32,000 nt of DNA from Geotalea uraniireducens Rf4 (GCF_000016745.1 NC_009483.1:4650001-4682000); one strand, 5' to 3'; numbered from the stretch's first letter, positions 1-8,270 are shown. Numbers and translations: made by a program. The notes: generated from the sequence alone by a model not told the origin.

Positions 1-608
1 AAGATTATATCGGGGATTCCTTCGATTTTCGAGGTAAGGGCAAAATCCTTTTGCGTGGCCAGGGGCGCTTTTTTGATGGAGACCCCCTCGATGAAATCAA
101 TCGGCTTGATCAGCCCCAGCACTTCCGCCTGCTCCCAGTTTATGCCGTTGCCATAACGTTCTTTAGGCATTTTTTCCGCAAACTTCTCAAATTCTGCTTC
201 TTTCTTGGGGTTGGGGGCGGAGAGATGGCACCGTTCACAGCGCTTCACCTCTTCCTTGGTAAACTCCTTTGAACATGCCTTAAACACCACCCTGTCGCCA
301 TAGACCATTTTACCGTTATGGCAGGTGCCGCAGAAGTAGCCGCGCATATTGTCCGCGGCCTTCAATTGGGTTTCGCCGGCCTTCATGGAAAAACCGATAT
401 CCATATGGCAAAGCCTGCATGTGTATTTACTCCGGTGCACCCAGTGATCAAACTGAACAGGCTTGAGTCCCACCTTTTCCGAGTAGTTGTTAATGGTGAC
501 TTTACCGAACTCATAGGGAGGCACTCTCTTCTTCTTAACGCCTACTTGAGCGAAAGTTACCCCCGCCATACCGGCAAAGAGAACTATCACAAAGAACATC
601 TTCTTCAT
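1..608 (-). CDS. multihaem cytochrome c (c3/c7-like), N-terminal portion; the gene continues past the window start
   Basis: It is absent from the ORF track because there is no stop codon inside the window. The minus-strand ATG at 608 is preceded by a GGGGGGCGG Shine-Dalgarno sequence. My own translation gives MKKMFFVIVLFAGMAGVTFAQ (signal peptide), then FDHWVH and three CxxCH motifs (CRLCH, CGTCH, CERCH). The frame stays open down to position 3. The plus-strand ORFs 51..272 and 318..641 are antisense shadows of this gene. Confidence 0.8.
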   Translation of the reverse strand, partial: MKKMFFVIVLFAGMAGVTFAQVGVKKKRVPPYEFGKVTINNYSEKVGLKPVQFDHWVHRSKYTCRLCHMDIGFSMKAGETQLKAADNMRGYFCGTCHNGKMVYGDRVVFKACSKEFTKEEVKRCERCHLSAPNPKKEAEFEKFAEKMPKERYGNGINWEQAEVLGLIKPIDFIEGVSIKKAPLATQKDFALTSKIEGIPDII

Positions 609-860
609 ATTCCGCCCCCCTATGTTCTGATATTTATATAAGTGGATTAAAATAATAATCAAGTAGCCGTACCATGTCAACGGTATAATAATATTTTTTA
701 AATAATCACCCGTAATGTGACAGCCGAGACACGTCCTTTTTTATTATTTATGTGAACTATTTCTATTGATCTGACAGATTTTCAACTTTCCCGCTTGCTT
801 TTGCGCGTTTTAATGGTATTGAGATAAAATAATTTATTTTCACTAAAAAGGGAGCCGTTT

Positions 861-2024
861 ATGAACATTCACGAGTACCAGGCCAAAGAGATTTTAAGCT
901 CCTTCGGCATTCCGGTGCCACGCGGCAGGGTTGCTCTGACCTCCGACCAGGTGGAACGTGCGGCCAAGGAGATGGGAGGGCGTTGCGTGGTGAAGGCCCA
1001 GATATACGCCGGCGGCAGGGGTAAGGCCGGCGGCGTCAAGCTGGTCCACCACCCGGAGCAGGCGCAGGAACTGGGGAAGGACCTGTTCACCAGGAAACTG
1101 GTCACACCGCAGACCGGCCCGGAGGGTCTAAGGGTGCGGAGGATTCTGGTAGAGGAGGCGGTGGAAATCGCTCGCGAGTTCTATCTCTCCATCACCCTCG
1201 ACCGGGAATCATCCCGCTACTGCCTGATCGCCTCGGCCGAAGGCGGGGTAGAGATCGAAGAGGTGGCGCAAAAGTCGCCGGAGAAGATCCACATGCTTAC
1301 CATCGACCCGTTCACCGGACTTCGTCCCTACCAGGCGCGCAAAATCGCCCTTGCCCTCGGCCTGGCGGGGAGCGTCTGCGAGGACTGCGTCGAGCTGATC
1401 CTGAACCTGTACCGTCTCTGCCTGGAAAAGGACTGCTACCTGGTGGAGATCAACCCGCTGGTAGTGACCAGGGCGGGGTGGCTCATGGCCATGGACGCCA
1501 AGATCAACTTTGACGACAACGCCATGTTCCGCCACCGGGAGTACCCCGACATGCTCGACTACTCCCAGCTCGACACACTGGAGATCAACGCCGGCAAGTA
1601 CGACCTCTCCTACATCAAGCTGCAGGGAAATATCGGCTGTATGGTGAACGGCGCCGGTCTGGCCATGGCAACCCTGGACGTGCTCAAAGAGTTCGGGGGC
1701 GAACCCGCCAACTTCCTCGACGTGGGGGGTGGAGCAACCAGGGAAAAGGTGGCCGAGGCGTTCAAGATTATCCTCCAGGACTCTGACGTCAAAGGGGTCT
1801 TTGTCAATATTTTCGGCGGCATCATGCGTTGCGACGTAATCGCCCAGGGGATCATCGAGGCGGCCTCCGAGGTGCACTGTGCACTCCCCATCGTGGTGAG
1901 AATGGACGGCAGCAAGGTGGAAGAGGGAAAAAAGCTCCTTCTGGATTCGGGCCTGAACGTCCAGATCGGTGAAAACCTGGGGGACGGCGCTGCGCGGATT
2001 GTCCAGATGCTTGGCCAGAAATAA
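861..2024 (+). CDS. sucC: succinyl-CoA synthetase (ADP-forming) beta subunit
   Basis: 387 aa beginning MNIHEYQAKEIL...GIPVP, with the ATP-grasp region and the C-terminal GGIMRCD ligase-CoA motif. An AAAAGGGAG RBS lies upstream of the ATG at 861. sucD follows on the same strand. Confidence 0.97.
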   Translation: MNIHEYQAKEILSSFGIPVPRGRVALTSDQVERAAKEMGGRCVVKAQIYAGGRGKAGGVKLVHHPEQAQELGKDLFTRKLVTPQTGPEGLRVRRILVEEAVEIAREFYLSITLDRESSRYCLIASAEGGVEIEEVAQKSPEKIHMLTIDPFTGLRPYQARKIALALGLAGSVCEDCVELILNLYRLCLEKDCYLVEINPLVVTRAGWLMAMDAKINFDDNAMFRHREYPDMLDYSQLDTLEINAGKYDLSYIKLQGNIGCMVNGAGLAMATLDVLKEFGGEPANFLDVGGGATREKVAEAFKIILQDSDVKGVFVNIFGGIMRCDVIAQGIIEAASEVHCALPIVVRMDGSKVEEGKKLLLDSGLNVQIGENLGDGAARIVQMLGQK

Positions 2025-2214
2025 ACTATCTAGTGTCCATCCGGAAACTCCGGATGTGACACTATTGGTTCCAATTCGGAAACGAGGGATTTTTCGTCCT
2101 GGCAAGGAAATCGAGGGATTGCGCGGAGGCGTACATCGGTACGCCGCACAAGCAAGCCTGAAGATTGACACCTCCAGGGCGGATAAGAACCGTTTCCGGA
2201 TGGAAACTATCTAG
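2025..2214. repeat. MITE/REP-like structured element inserted in the sucC-sucD spacer
   Basis: It has roughly 23-bp imperfect terminal inverted repeats: CTATCTAGTGTCCATCCGGAAAC (2025..2047 region) and GTTTCCGGATGGAAACTATCTAG (2192..2214). AAACTATCTAG occurs at both 2023..2033 and 2204..2214. Internal hairpins are CATCCGGA-AAC-TCCGGATG (2038..2056) and GGCGTAC-ATCG-GTACGCC. The motif GGAAAYCGAGGGATT is duplicated. The right-end motif recurs at 23423..23445. Confidence 0.7.
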
Positions 2215-2230
2215 GAAATGGAGAAGAACC

Positions 2231-3124
2231 ATGTCTATTCTGTTAAACAAGGACTCCAAAATAGTCGTACAGGGGATCACCGGCAGGAGCGGTCTGTTCC
2301 ACACCCAGCAGTGCCGGGATTACGGAAGCAAAATCGTGGCGGGGGTCACGCCGGGCAAGGGGGGGATTCACATTGAGGGAATTCCGGTCTTCAACACGGT
2401 AGATGAAGCGGTTCACTACACCAACGCCGATGTTTCCATGATCTTCGTCCCGCCGCCGGGAGCAGCGGACGCCATCCTCGAAGCCGCTGATGCCGGAATA
2501 GAGCTGGCAGTTTGCATCACCGAGGGAATCCCGGTGCGCGACATGGTCCTGGCCCGACGCGTTCTGGAAGGGAAGAAAATGCGCTTGGTCGGACCGAACT
2601 GCCCGGGCGTGATCACCCCGGGAGAGTGCAAAGTCGGCATAATGCCCGGTCATATTCACAAAAAGGGTAAAATCGGCGTGGTCTCCAGAAGCGGCACCCT
2701 TACCTACGAGGCGGTAAAACAGCTCACCGATGTGGGGCTTGGCCAGTCCACCTGCGTGGGAATCGGCGGCGACCCGATCATCGGTTTGAAATTTATCGAC
2801 GTGCTGAAACTCTTCAACGAGGATCCACAGACCGAAGCGGTCTTTATGATCGGCGAGATCGGCGGTGGCGCAGAAGAAGAGGCAGCTTACTGGATAAAAG
2901 AAAACATGAAGAAGCCGGTAGCGGCCTTCATCGCCGGTGTCACCGCCCCGCCGGGCAAACGGATGGGACATGCCGGCGCCATCATCACCGGCGGCAAGGG
3001 AAAAGCGGAAGACAAAATCAAGACCCTCCAGGAATGCGGCGTTGCCGTTTCCACCAGCCCGACAAAAATGGGTGAAACGATGCAATCGGTGATGGGCAAA
3101 GGCAAGAGGGGAAAATCCAGCTGA
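2231..3124 (+). CDS. sucD: succinyl-CoA synthetase alpha subunit
   Basis: [21 protein letters not shown]..., then the CoA-binding fold, SRSGTLTYE, and the catalytic-His region GHAGAII. I place the start at ATG 2231 (RBS GGAAATGGAGAAG), not the ORF-track start at 2165, which lies inside the repeat element. Confidence 0.95.
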   Translation: MSILLNKDSKIVVQGITGRSGLFHTQQCRDYGSKIVAGVTPGKGGIHIEGIPVFNTVDEAVHYTNADVSMIFVPPPGAADAILEAADAGIELAVCITEGIPVRDMVLARRVLEGKKMRLVGPNCPGVITPGECKVGIMPGHIHKKGKIGVVSRSGTLTYEAVKQLTDVGLGQSTCVGIGGDPIIGLKFIDVLKLFNEDPQTEAVFMIGEIGGGAEEEAAYWIKENMKKPVAAFIAGVTAPPGKRMGHAGAIITGGKGKAEDKIKTLQECGVAVSTSPTKMGETMQSVMGKGKRGKSS

Positions 3125-3134
3125 CCCCTCCCTT

Positions 3135-4442
3135 TCACCCTATTTTTGCAACGGCCTGAAGCAGTTCATCAAGGGTGATCCCTTGATGAACTGCCGAAGC
3201 AAAAGCCTCTTCACCTTCCCTTCGGTACAGGTCAAAACGGGGAGTACGTTCCCCGCCCGGTTCTGCAACTATTTTCACAATAATTATCCCCACCTGCGCC
3301 AGCTGGGGCTGGGAACAGGAATTGGGACAACCGGAAATGGCCCAAGTGAGCGATTCCCCCTGCGGCCCAAGGGCTTTAATTATTGCACGGCTAATGTCAC
3401 GCGTGGGTCCTAGTCCCATCCTGCACTCGTGGCTCCCCGGACAGACGCGAAAATTCACCAGCGCCCCCGGCTCCGCTCCGTTTAGCCCCTTTTCAACGAG
3501 TGCGGCTTCGACCTTGCCGATATCGGCCCGTTCATCCAGAAGAAAAGCCACGTTTTGATCACAGGTCAAGACCATGAAGCCTCCGGCAAACTGCGCTGCA
3601 ATGCCACACAAATCGCGCAGCCGACCCGCTTCAAGCTCACCTGCAAATACGTGCACTTCAAGCCTCTGCGGTCGACCCTTCTCAACCACAGGCGTGAGAC
3701 ACTTGTCGCAGCCGTCGATAAGCGGCAGTGTGGCGTCCCGGTCGACCTCTTCTCCAAGACGCCGAATGAACTCCTCCCTGCCGATTTCACGCAACAGGTG
3801 CTTGAGACGCTTGCCTGCCGGGGTATGACGCCTGTAAATCCGTATTATTCCTTCGAGGAGGGGAATAATGCGGGCCTCCGGGACGCGTTCTTCGAGAAGG
3901 AAGGCGGGCTGGGGTTCGCGACCGAGTCCACCCGCAACCCAGACATCATAGAGAGCCCCGTCTCCGTCATTCCCCGCATAAACCAGGCCCGCATCCTGAA
4001 TCAGGTGCCGTGAGCCGTCGTATCCCGCTTCAACGCCGATCTTGAATTTCTTGGGGAGATCCTCAAAGTGGGGGTTGAGGGTGAAATGGTGGTGCAGCTT
4101 CCTCGCCAGCACCTGGACAGTCGGGAACTCGGCTGCAAAGGGGGTGCTGCAGACAATGCCTCGCACTGCCCCGCCGCATGCGCCACGCGTGGTGAGCCCG
4201 ACAGCCGCCAGCATGCGCATGACCTCCGCGAGGTATTCGCCTTTCAGCCAGTGGAACTCGATGCTTGCCCGTGAGGTCAGGTGGATGCCGCCACCGGCAA
4301 ACCGCTCTGCAATCTCACAGACCTTGAGCGCCTGTTCAGCAGAAAGCACCCCGCCCGGCACCTTGACCCGCAGCATAAAAGCCTCAGTCTGCCGTTGTTC
4401 GTACACACCTTCAAGCCTCAATTCCCGGATGTTTAACTTCAT
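3135..4442 (-). CDS. nitrite/sulfite reductase family hemoprotein (sirohaem-[4Fe-4S] type)
   Basis: 435 aa. It carries the canonical cluster/sirohaem cysteine pattern: C-x5-C (CPGSHEC) and C-x3-C (ISGCPNSCSQPQLAQVGI). NIR_SIR ferredoxin-like half-domains are present (GGIHLTSRASIEFHW). ATG at 4442 with a GAGGTG RBS. Confidence 0.8.
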   Translation of the reverse strand: MKLNIRELRLEGVYEQRQTEAFMLRVKVPGGVLSAEQALKVCEIAERFAGGGIHLTSRASIEFHWLKGEYLAEVMRMLAAVGLTTRGACGGAVRGIVCSTPFAAEFPTVQVLARKLHHHFTLNPHFEDLPKKFKIGVEAGYDGSRHLIQDAGLVYAGNDGDGALYDVWVAGGLGREPQPAFLLEERVPEARIIPLLEGIIRIYRRHTPAGKRLKHLLREIGREEFIRRLGEEVDRDATLPLIDGCDKCLTPVVEKGRPQRLEVHVFAGELEAGRLRDLCGIAAQFAGGFMVLTCDQNVAFLLDERADIGKVEAALVEKGLNGAEPGALVNFRVCPGSHECRMGLGPTRDISRAIIKALGPQGESLTWAISGCPNSCSQPQLAQVGIIIVKIVAEPGGERTPRFDLYRREGEEAFASAVHQGITLDELLQAVAKIG

Positions 4443-4595
4443 TGTTCACCTCTCAAAATAGCACTCAGCCCGGCTGCTTTGCATTTTGTGACGATTTCCT
4501 AAAAAATTATTCGAACAACACTACAGTTTATGATAAATAATCCGATACTTATCCCATAGCGATTCATTAAACACCACCAGAATAAGGAGGCAGTA

Positions 4596-4928
4596 ATGCT
4601 GAAAAAACTCGTTCCGCTTTGCCTGCTGGCTTGTATAGCCCTTGCCGGCTGCAGTTCAGCAAACAAAATCACCAAGGATCTTCTCATCTCATCCGAACCG
4701 CCTGGTGCCACTGTCTTCCTGGACGGAGACAAAATCGGCGAAACGCCGCTGAAAGTCCAGACTTTTTTCACCTGGAACAAGGATGAACTCTACAACTCCC
4801 TTCTCAGAAGGGTGATCCAGGTTAAAAAGGATGGGTACGAATCCCAAGTGCGCGACCTGTATCCCATTGACATGCCCACCATCCAGTTTCTATTAAACCA
4901 TGAAAATACGAAAGGTGATGCAAAATGA
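4596..4928 (+). CDS. PEGA-domain lipoprotein
   Basis: Lipobox LLACIALAGCSS. PEGA motif SSEPPGATVFLDGDKIGETPLKV. Strong AAGGAGG RBS. Confidence 0.75.
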   Translation: MLKKLVPLCLLACIALAGCSSANKITKDLLISSEPPGATVFLDGDKIGETPLKVQTFFTWNKDELYNSLLRRVIQVKKDGYESQVRDLYPIDMPTIQFLLNHENTKGDAK

Positions 4929-5302
4929 TAAATATCCGATCACTCATAGTTCTGTCGCTGTTTCTTTTTCTCGCCGGTTGCGGCACCTACAGCTCTTTTA
5001 CCGTCAAATCCGCCCCGAGCGGAGCGGATATCCTTGTTGACGGCACGGTCATGGGAAAAACTCCGGCCACCATCAAGGTGCCTTTTCCGGAAAACAATCA
5101 ACTCGTAAGGGAAAAGAAGATCGTTTCCGTGAAGCTCAAGGGTTACAAAGAAGCAAAGGAAATCCTCTGCTATGAGGGAGATACCGGCAAGCTGCTCAAC
5201 TTTGAACTTGTGGCTGAACCGGGAAGCGATGTCACAGCCCAGGTAACGGCGCCGCATGCGGAACTGGAGAAAAAAGCCGCCCTGGAAGCCGGCATCAAAT
5301 AA
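4925..5302 (+). CDS. PEGA-domain lipoprotein (paralog of the preceding gene)
   Basis: Lipobox LFLAGCGT. PEGA motif SAPSGADILVDGTVMGKTPATIKV. ATGA start/stop overlap with the upstream gene, which suggests translational coupling. Confidence 0.75.
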   Translation: MINIRSLIVLSLFLFLAGCGTYSSFTVKSAPSGADILVDGTVMGKTPATIKVPFPENNQLVREKKIVSVKLKGYKEAKEILCYEGDTGKLLNFELVAEPGSDVTAQVTAPHAELEKKAALEAGIK

Positions 5303-5323
5303 CAAACCGTAAATTATGCCGTG

Positions 5324-5356
5324 AAAAAAGGCCTTGGAAACATCCAAGGCCTTTTC
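5324..5356. terminator. bidirectional intrinsic terminator between convergent genes
   Basis: AAAAAA-GGCCTTGGA-AACA-TCCAAGGCC-TTTT: a 9-bp perfect stem flanked by an A-run and a T-run. Confidence 0.8.
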
Positions 5357-5407
5357 TAATCCTGCTGCCCGCGAGGACAATGCAGTGTGGAAACGCTCGT
5401 TCGATCA

Positions 5408-5944
5408 TCAGAAATATAGAAAAAACCCGTTAATAAAATAGACGATTCCGACAAGTCCCACCGCCACGCCGATCAGCCAGATATATTTCTTCTTCACCAG
5501 CGCGGCAACAGAAGAAAGAAGAATGGCTATCTGCAGGAATATTACCGCGATGCCAAAGGCCTGCACATGTTTCTGGGCATCATCGCGGATACCCTCGTAC
5601 CCTTTCGCCGCCTTTTGTATTTCAGCCTTTTCCTCTTCATATTTAGCTATTTTCCTGGCGTACACGTCTATCTTTTTCCCATATTCCTCGGCTGCCGTTC
5701 GGGGGAGTTTTGTCCCGAGGGTTTTCAGCTCAAGCTCCAGCTTTTCTTTCTGCATCTCGTACAGATACCCCTTGATGCTCTTGGACTGAAAATATGCCCA
5801 TTGGTCCGACGCCTGGGTCTGACTCATAACCGAGCGGGTAGAAAACCCACCACCTTTAAAGGTTGAGAGCGTGGCGCAAACCGCCAGGATAACAGTACTA
5901 AGGGCAAGATAATTCAGCCAGGACTCTTTCTTTTCTTCCGCCAT
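5408..5944 (-). CDS. DUF4337-family membrane protein
   Basis: An N-terminal TM segment (WLNYLALSTVILAVCATLS), then SQTQASDQWAYFQSKSIKG, a coiled region, and two C-terminal TM segments. The ORF-track start at 5947 is a TTG. The ATG at 5944 sits 5 nt after AAGGAGG. Confidence 0.65.
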   Translation of the reverse strand: MAEEKKESWLNYLALSTVILAVCATLSTFKGGGFSTRSVMSQTQASDQWAYFQSKSIKGYLYEMQKEKLELELKTLGTKLPRTAAEEYGKKIDVYARKIAKYEEEKAEIQKAAKGYEGIRDDAQKHVQAFGIAVIFLQIAILLSSVAALVKKKYIWLIGVAVGLVGIVYFINGFFLYF

Positions 5945-6094
5945 CAATGCCTCCTTTGCTTAGCACGGGGTGGCTCCCGCTTCTCTAAAATAATCGGCTG
6001 TTTATTATAATGAAAATCGACCGGCTGGTAAATGTTTACATTGAACGAGGATAGAAATACATATTTCTTGTAGCAAACATCAATTCTCTCATTA

Positions 6095-6137
6095 TTTGAC
6101 TTTAGTCAATGACCGGTAGAGATGCCGGCATTAGCTT
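6095..6137 (+). promoter_or_regulatory. candidate class-II CRP/FNR-family-dependent promoter (perfect TTGAC-N4-GTCAA palindrome plus a -10-like TAGCTT)
   Basis: ATTGAC-TTTA-GTCAAT lies at 6095..6110, with the core at 6096..6109. A TAGCTT hexamer at 6132..6137 starts 23 nt after the end of the palindrome. That places the site centre near -41.5 relative to a start around 6144, pointing toward the cytochrome gene at 6597. Confidence 0.35.
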
Positions 6138-6264
6138 GTATTCAGCACCTCTGGTGTCAGGGCTAATAATATGCCCGTAATTGCCAGACCTGATTGATGT
6201 TTGGCAAACATTTGCTAATCTTACCAATGCTATTACTCCGGCAATTAAACATCACAATCCTGAT

Positions 6265-6317
6265 GTAGGGGCACGGCGTGCCATGCCCCGATTGGGCGAG
6301 GCAAGCCTAGCCCCTAC
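6265..6317. repeat. GC-rich palindromic unit (GTAGGGG...CCCCTAC)
   Basis: GTAGGGGCACGGCGTGCCATGCCCC...AGCCCCTAC, with outer arms GTAGGGG/CCCCTAC and an inner GGCAC-GGC-GTGCC hairpin. It is intergenic and accounts for the spurious ORF 6181..6378. Confidence 0.5.
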
Positions 6318-6416
6318 CGTTCATATGTTTAATAGCCGCAGTAATACCGAGCTAATGGGTGAAAAGCCATGCAAATAGCCGCTATTCCAGCGGATCGGGA
6401 ATTTCCGCGAATGTAA

Positions 6417-6539
6417 TTCCAATTTCAAATCAAGGATGAAATCAAGGCGGCGAGGAATGAGGCGACGAAGACGTACAGATAGTACGTTGAGGAGCCGAAG
6501 ACGAGCCAACGAAGATAGCGCCTTGATTTGGAATTGGAA
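6417..6539 (+). repeat. 123-bp TIR-bounded element, copy A
   Basis: Ends are TTCCAATTTCAAATCAAGG and CCTTGATTTGGAATTGGAA (19-bp inverted repeat with 1 mismatch). AAATCAAGG is duplicated. Central hairpin ACGTAC-AGATA-GTACGT. A second copy lies at 9739..9933 in the same orientation. Confidence 0.85.
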
Positions 6540-6596
6540 TAACAGGTATCGAGACGTAGCCGGACAATCTATAGCAAAGAAAGGAGTAAAAACCGT

Positions 6597-8207
6597 ATGT
6601 GGAAAAAGAACCTTGTCGTACTGGCGGCAATCGGAGGGGCAATGCTGGCCATCGCCCTTCCAACGTCATCAACCGCTGCAAAAGCAAAACCGGCCGCCAA
6701 GACAAAGTGGGACGGCAAAACCTGTTACACCTGCCATGATGACATCAAGGCGCTCAAGGAAGGGACGAAGCATGCAAAACTGGGTTGTGACGTATGTCAT
6801 GATGAACTGAAAAAGCACCTGGACAGTGGCGGCGAGGTGAAACCGGTAACCAGAATCGATCAGACCGTATGCGGCAAATGCCACAAGGATCAGTTTGAAA
6901 GCTTCTACAAGGTGGATTATGAGGGCCAGGCACGCAAGGAAAAAGGGGTTCCGACCGGACGGTCCCCCATGATGGACAAGCTGCTCGCACCCTATGGCTT
7001 CACATATGAGCACAATGAGCCGCGTGGCCACGCCTTCATGGTTACCGACCAGTTCGTCGTCGACCGCTTTGCCGGCGGCAGGTTCCAATACAAGAAACGC
7101 TGGTGGGACGTGGACGCTGTCGGAAAAACCTGGAATATCCTTGAAGACAAGGGACCGGATTTCAAGATGGGTGAAACCGCCAAAGCCGGCAACCCCACCT
7201 GCATCCAGTGTAAGACCTCCGACCATATCCTGAAGTGGAAGTTCCTTGGAGACAAAGATCCGCGGGCCAAGTGGGATAGGACCTCCGACATCATTGCCGT
7301 TGCCAAGGATACCAACAATATTATGGGGTGTATCCACTGCCACGACCCCCACGGCGCCCAGCCGCGTATCGTCAGGGATGAGTTGATAAACGAAATTGAC
7401 AAGGGAGCAAAGATGTTCTCCGGAAAGGACGGCAAAACCGATCTGAAAGTAATCTCCTTCCGCGAGGGCTTTCGCAAGATCGGCGTCATGCAGAAAGTCG
7501 ATTCACGCATGATGTGCGCCCAGTGTCATGTGGAATACGCATGCGGCAAAGGTTTCGAGTTCAACAGCGGCAAGGGCATCGGCTACGACGACCAGCGGAC
7601 CAACCACATGCCCCTCAAGCAGGTAAATGATCTTTTGACGCACTACAAGAGGCTCAACTTCTACGACTTCAAGCATGCGGTCACCGGTGCACGGCTGGTA
7701 AAGCTACAGCACCCCGAGGCCGAAACCTACTCCGGCAGCGTTCATGATCGGAACGGCATAAAATGCGATGACTGTCACATGCCAAGAATGAAGGACAAAA
7801 GAGGAAAGCTCTTCACCTCCCACATGGTTATCAAGCCACGCAACCATGTAAAAGAAGCCTGTCTGCGCTGCCATCCCGATTCCACTGTCGAAAAGAAACT
7901 TTACCAGATCGATGCAATCCAAAACTACATCAAAGGGAAGATGCGCAAGTCAGAGTACTGGCTGGGACAGTTAATCGACACTTACGCCGAAGCAAAGCGT
8001 TTTGGCGTGGATGAAACGACACTGGCCAAAGCCAGGGAAAAGCACGAAGAAGCCCATGTGCTCTGGGAATGGTGGACCGCCGAGAACAGTGATGGATTCC
8101 ACAATCCAGACCTGGCCCGCGATAGCCTGGCAGCCTCCATCACCGCATCCAAGGAAGCCGTAGCGCTTCTGAATAAGGCTATCGAGGAAAAAACCAAAAA
8201 ACCGTAA
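6597..8207 (+). CDS. octahaem cytochrome c, NrfA-superfamily nitrite-reductase-like (ONR/TvNiR-type)
   Basis: It has a signal peptide and eight haem motifs in this order: CYTCH, CDVCH, CGKCH, CIQCK, CIHCH, CAQCH, CDDCH, CLRCH. The fourth is the lysine-type CxxCK. An NrfA-like LQHPEAETY segment is present. AAAGGAG RBS. Confidence 0.8.
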   Translation: MWKKNLVVLAAIGGAMLAIALPTSSTAAKAKPAAKTKWDGKTCYTCHDDIKALKEGTKHAKLGCDVCHDELKKHLDSGGEVKPVTRIDQTVCGKCHKDQFESFYKVDYEGQARKEKGVPTGRSPMMDKLLAPYGFTYEHNEPRGHAFMVTDQFVVDRFAGGRFQYKKRWWDVDAVGKTWNILEDKGPDFKMGETAKAGNPTCIQCKTSDHILKWKFLGDKDPRAKWDRTSDIIAVAKDTNNIMGCIHCHDPHGAQPRIVRDELINEIDKGAKMFSGKDGKTDLKVISFREGFRKIGVMQKVDSRMMCAQCHVEYACGKGFEFNSGKGIGYDDQRTNHMPLKQVNDLLTHYKRLNFYDFKHAVTGARLVKLQHPEAETYSGSVHDRNGIKCDDCHMPRMKDKRGKLFTSHMVIKPRNHVKEACLRCHPDSTVEKKLYQIDAIQNYIKGKMRKSEYWLGQLIDTYAEAKRFGVDETTLAKAREKHEEAHVLWEWWTAENSDGFHNPDLARDSLAASITASKEAVALLNKAIEEKTKKP

Positions 8208-8231
8208 CAGTTGCTGCTTGCCCATCCGGAA

Positions 8232-8270
8232 AAGCCTCGCTCCCGTCAATCGGTGCGAGGCTTTTGTTTG
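8232..8270 (+). terminator. intrinsic terminator after the octahaem cytochrome gene
   Basis: AAGCCTCGC-(14 nt)-GCGAGGCTT followed by TTGTTTG. Confidence 0.65.

Noticed and set aside
51-641. The plus-strand ORFs 51..272 and 318..641 at the left edge.
   Set aside because: The opposite strand encodes a signal peptide plus three CxxCH motifs in one uninterrupted frame with a good RBS. The plus-strand products have no recognisable features.
1209-3085. Long minus-strand ORFs inside sucC and sucD (1209..2171, 2243..3085 and smaller ones).
   Set aside because: They are antisense to unmistakable sucC/sucD coding frames and their products have no recognisable features. The ORF 1209..2171 also runs through the non-coding repeat element.
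6181-6810. The ORFs 6181..6378 (65 aa) and 6436..6810 (124 aa, Arg-rich MKSRRRGMRRRRR...).
   Set aside because: Both are generated by reading through repeat elements (the GTAGGGG palindromic unit and repeat copy A), and the second runs out of frame into the cytochrome gene. Copy B gives a similar short Arg-rich pseudo-peptide, which shows the frame is a property of the repeat and not of a gene.
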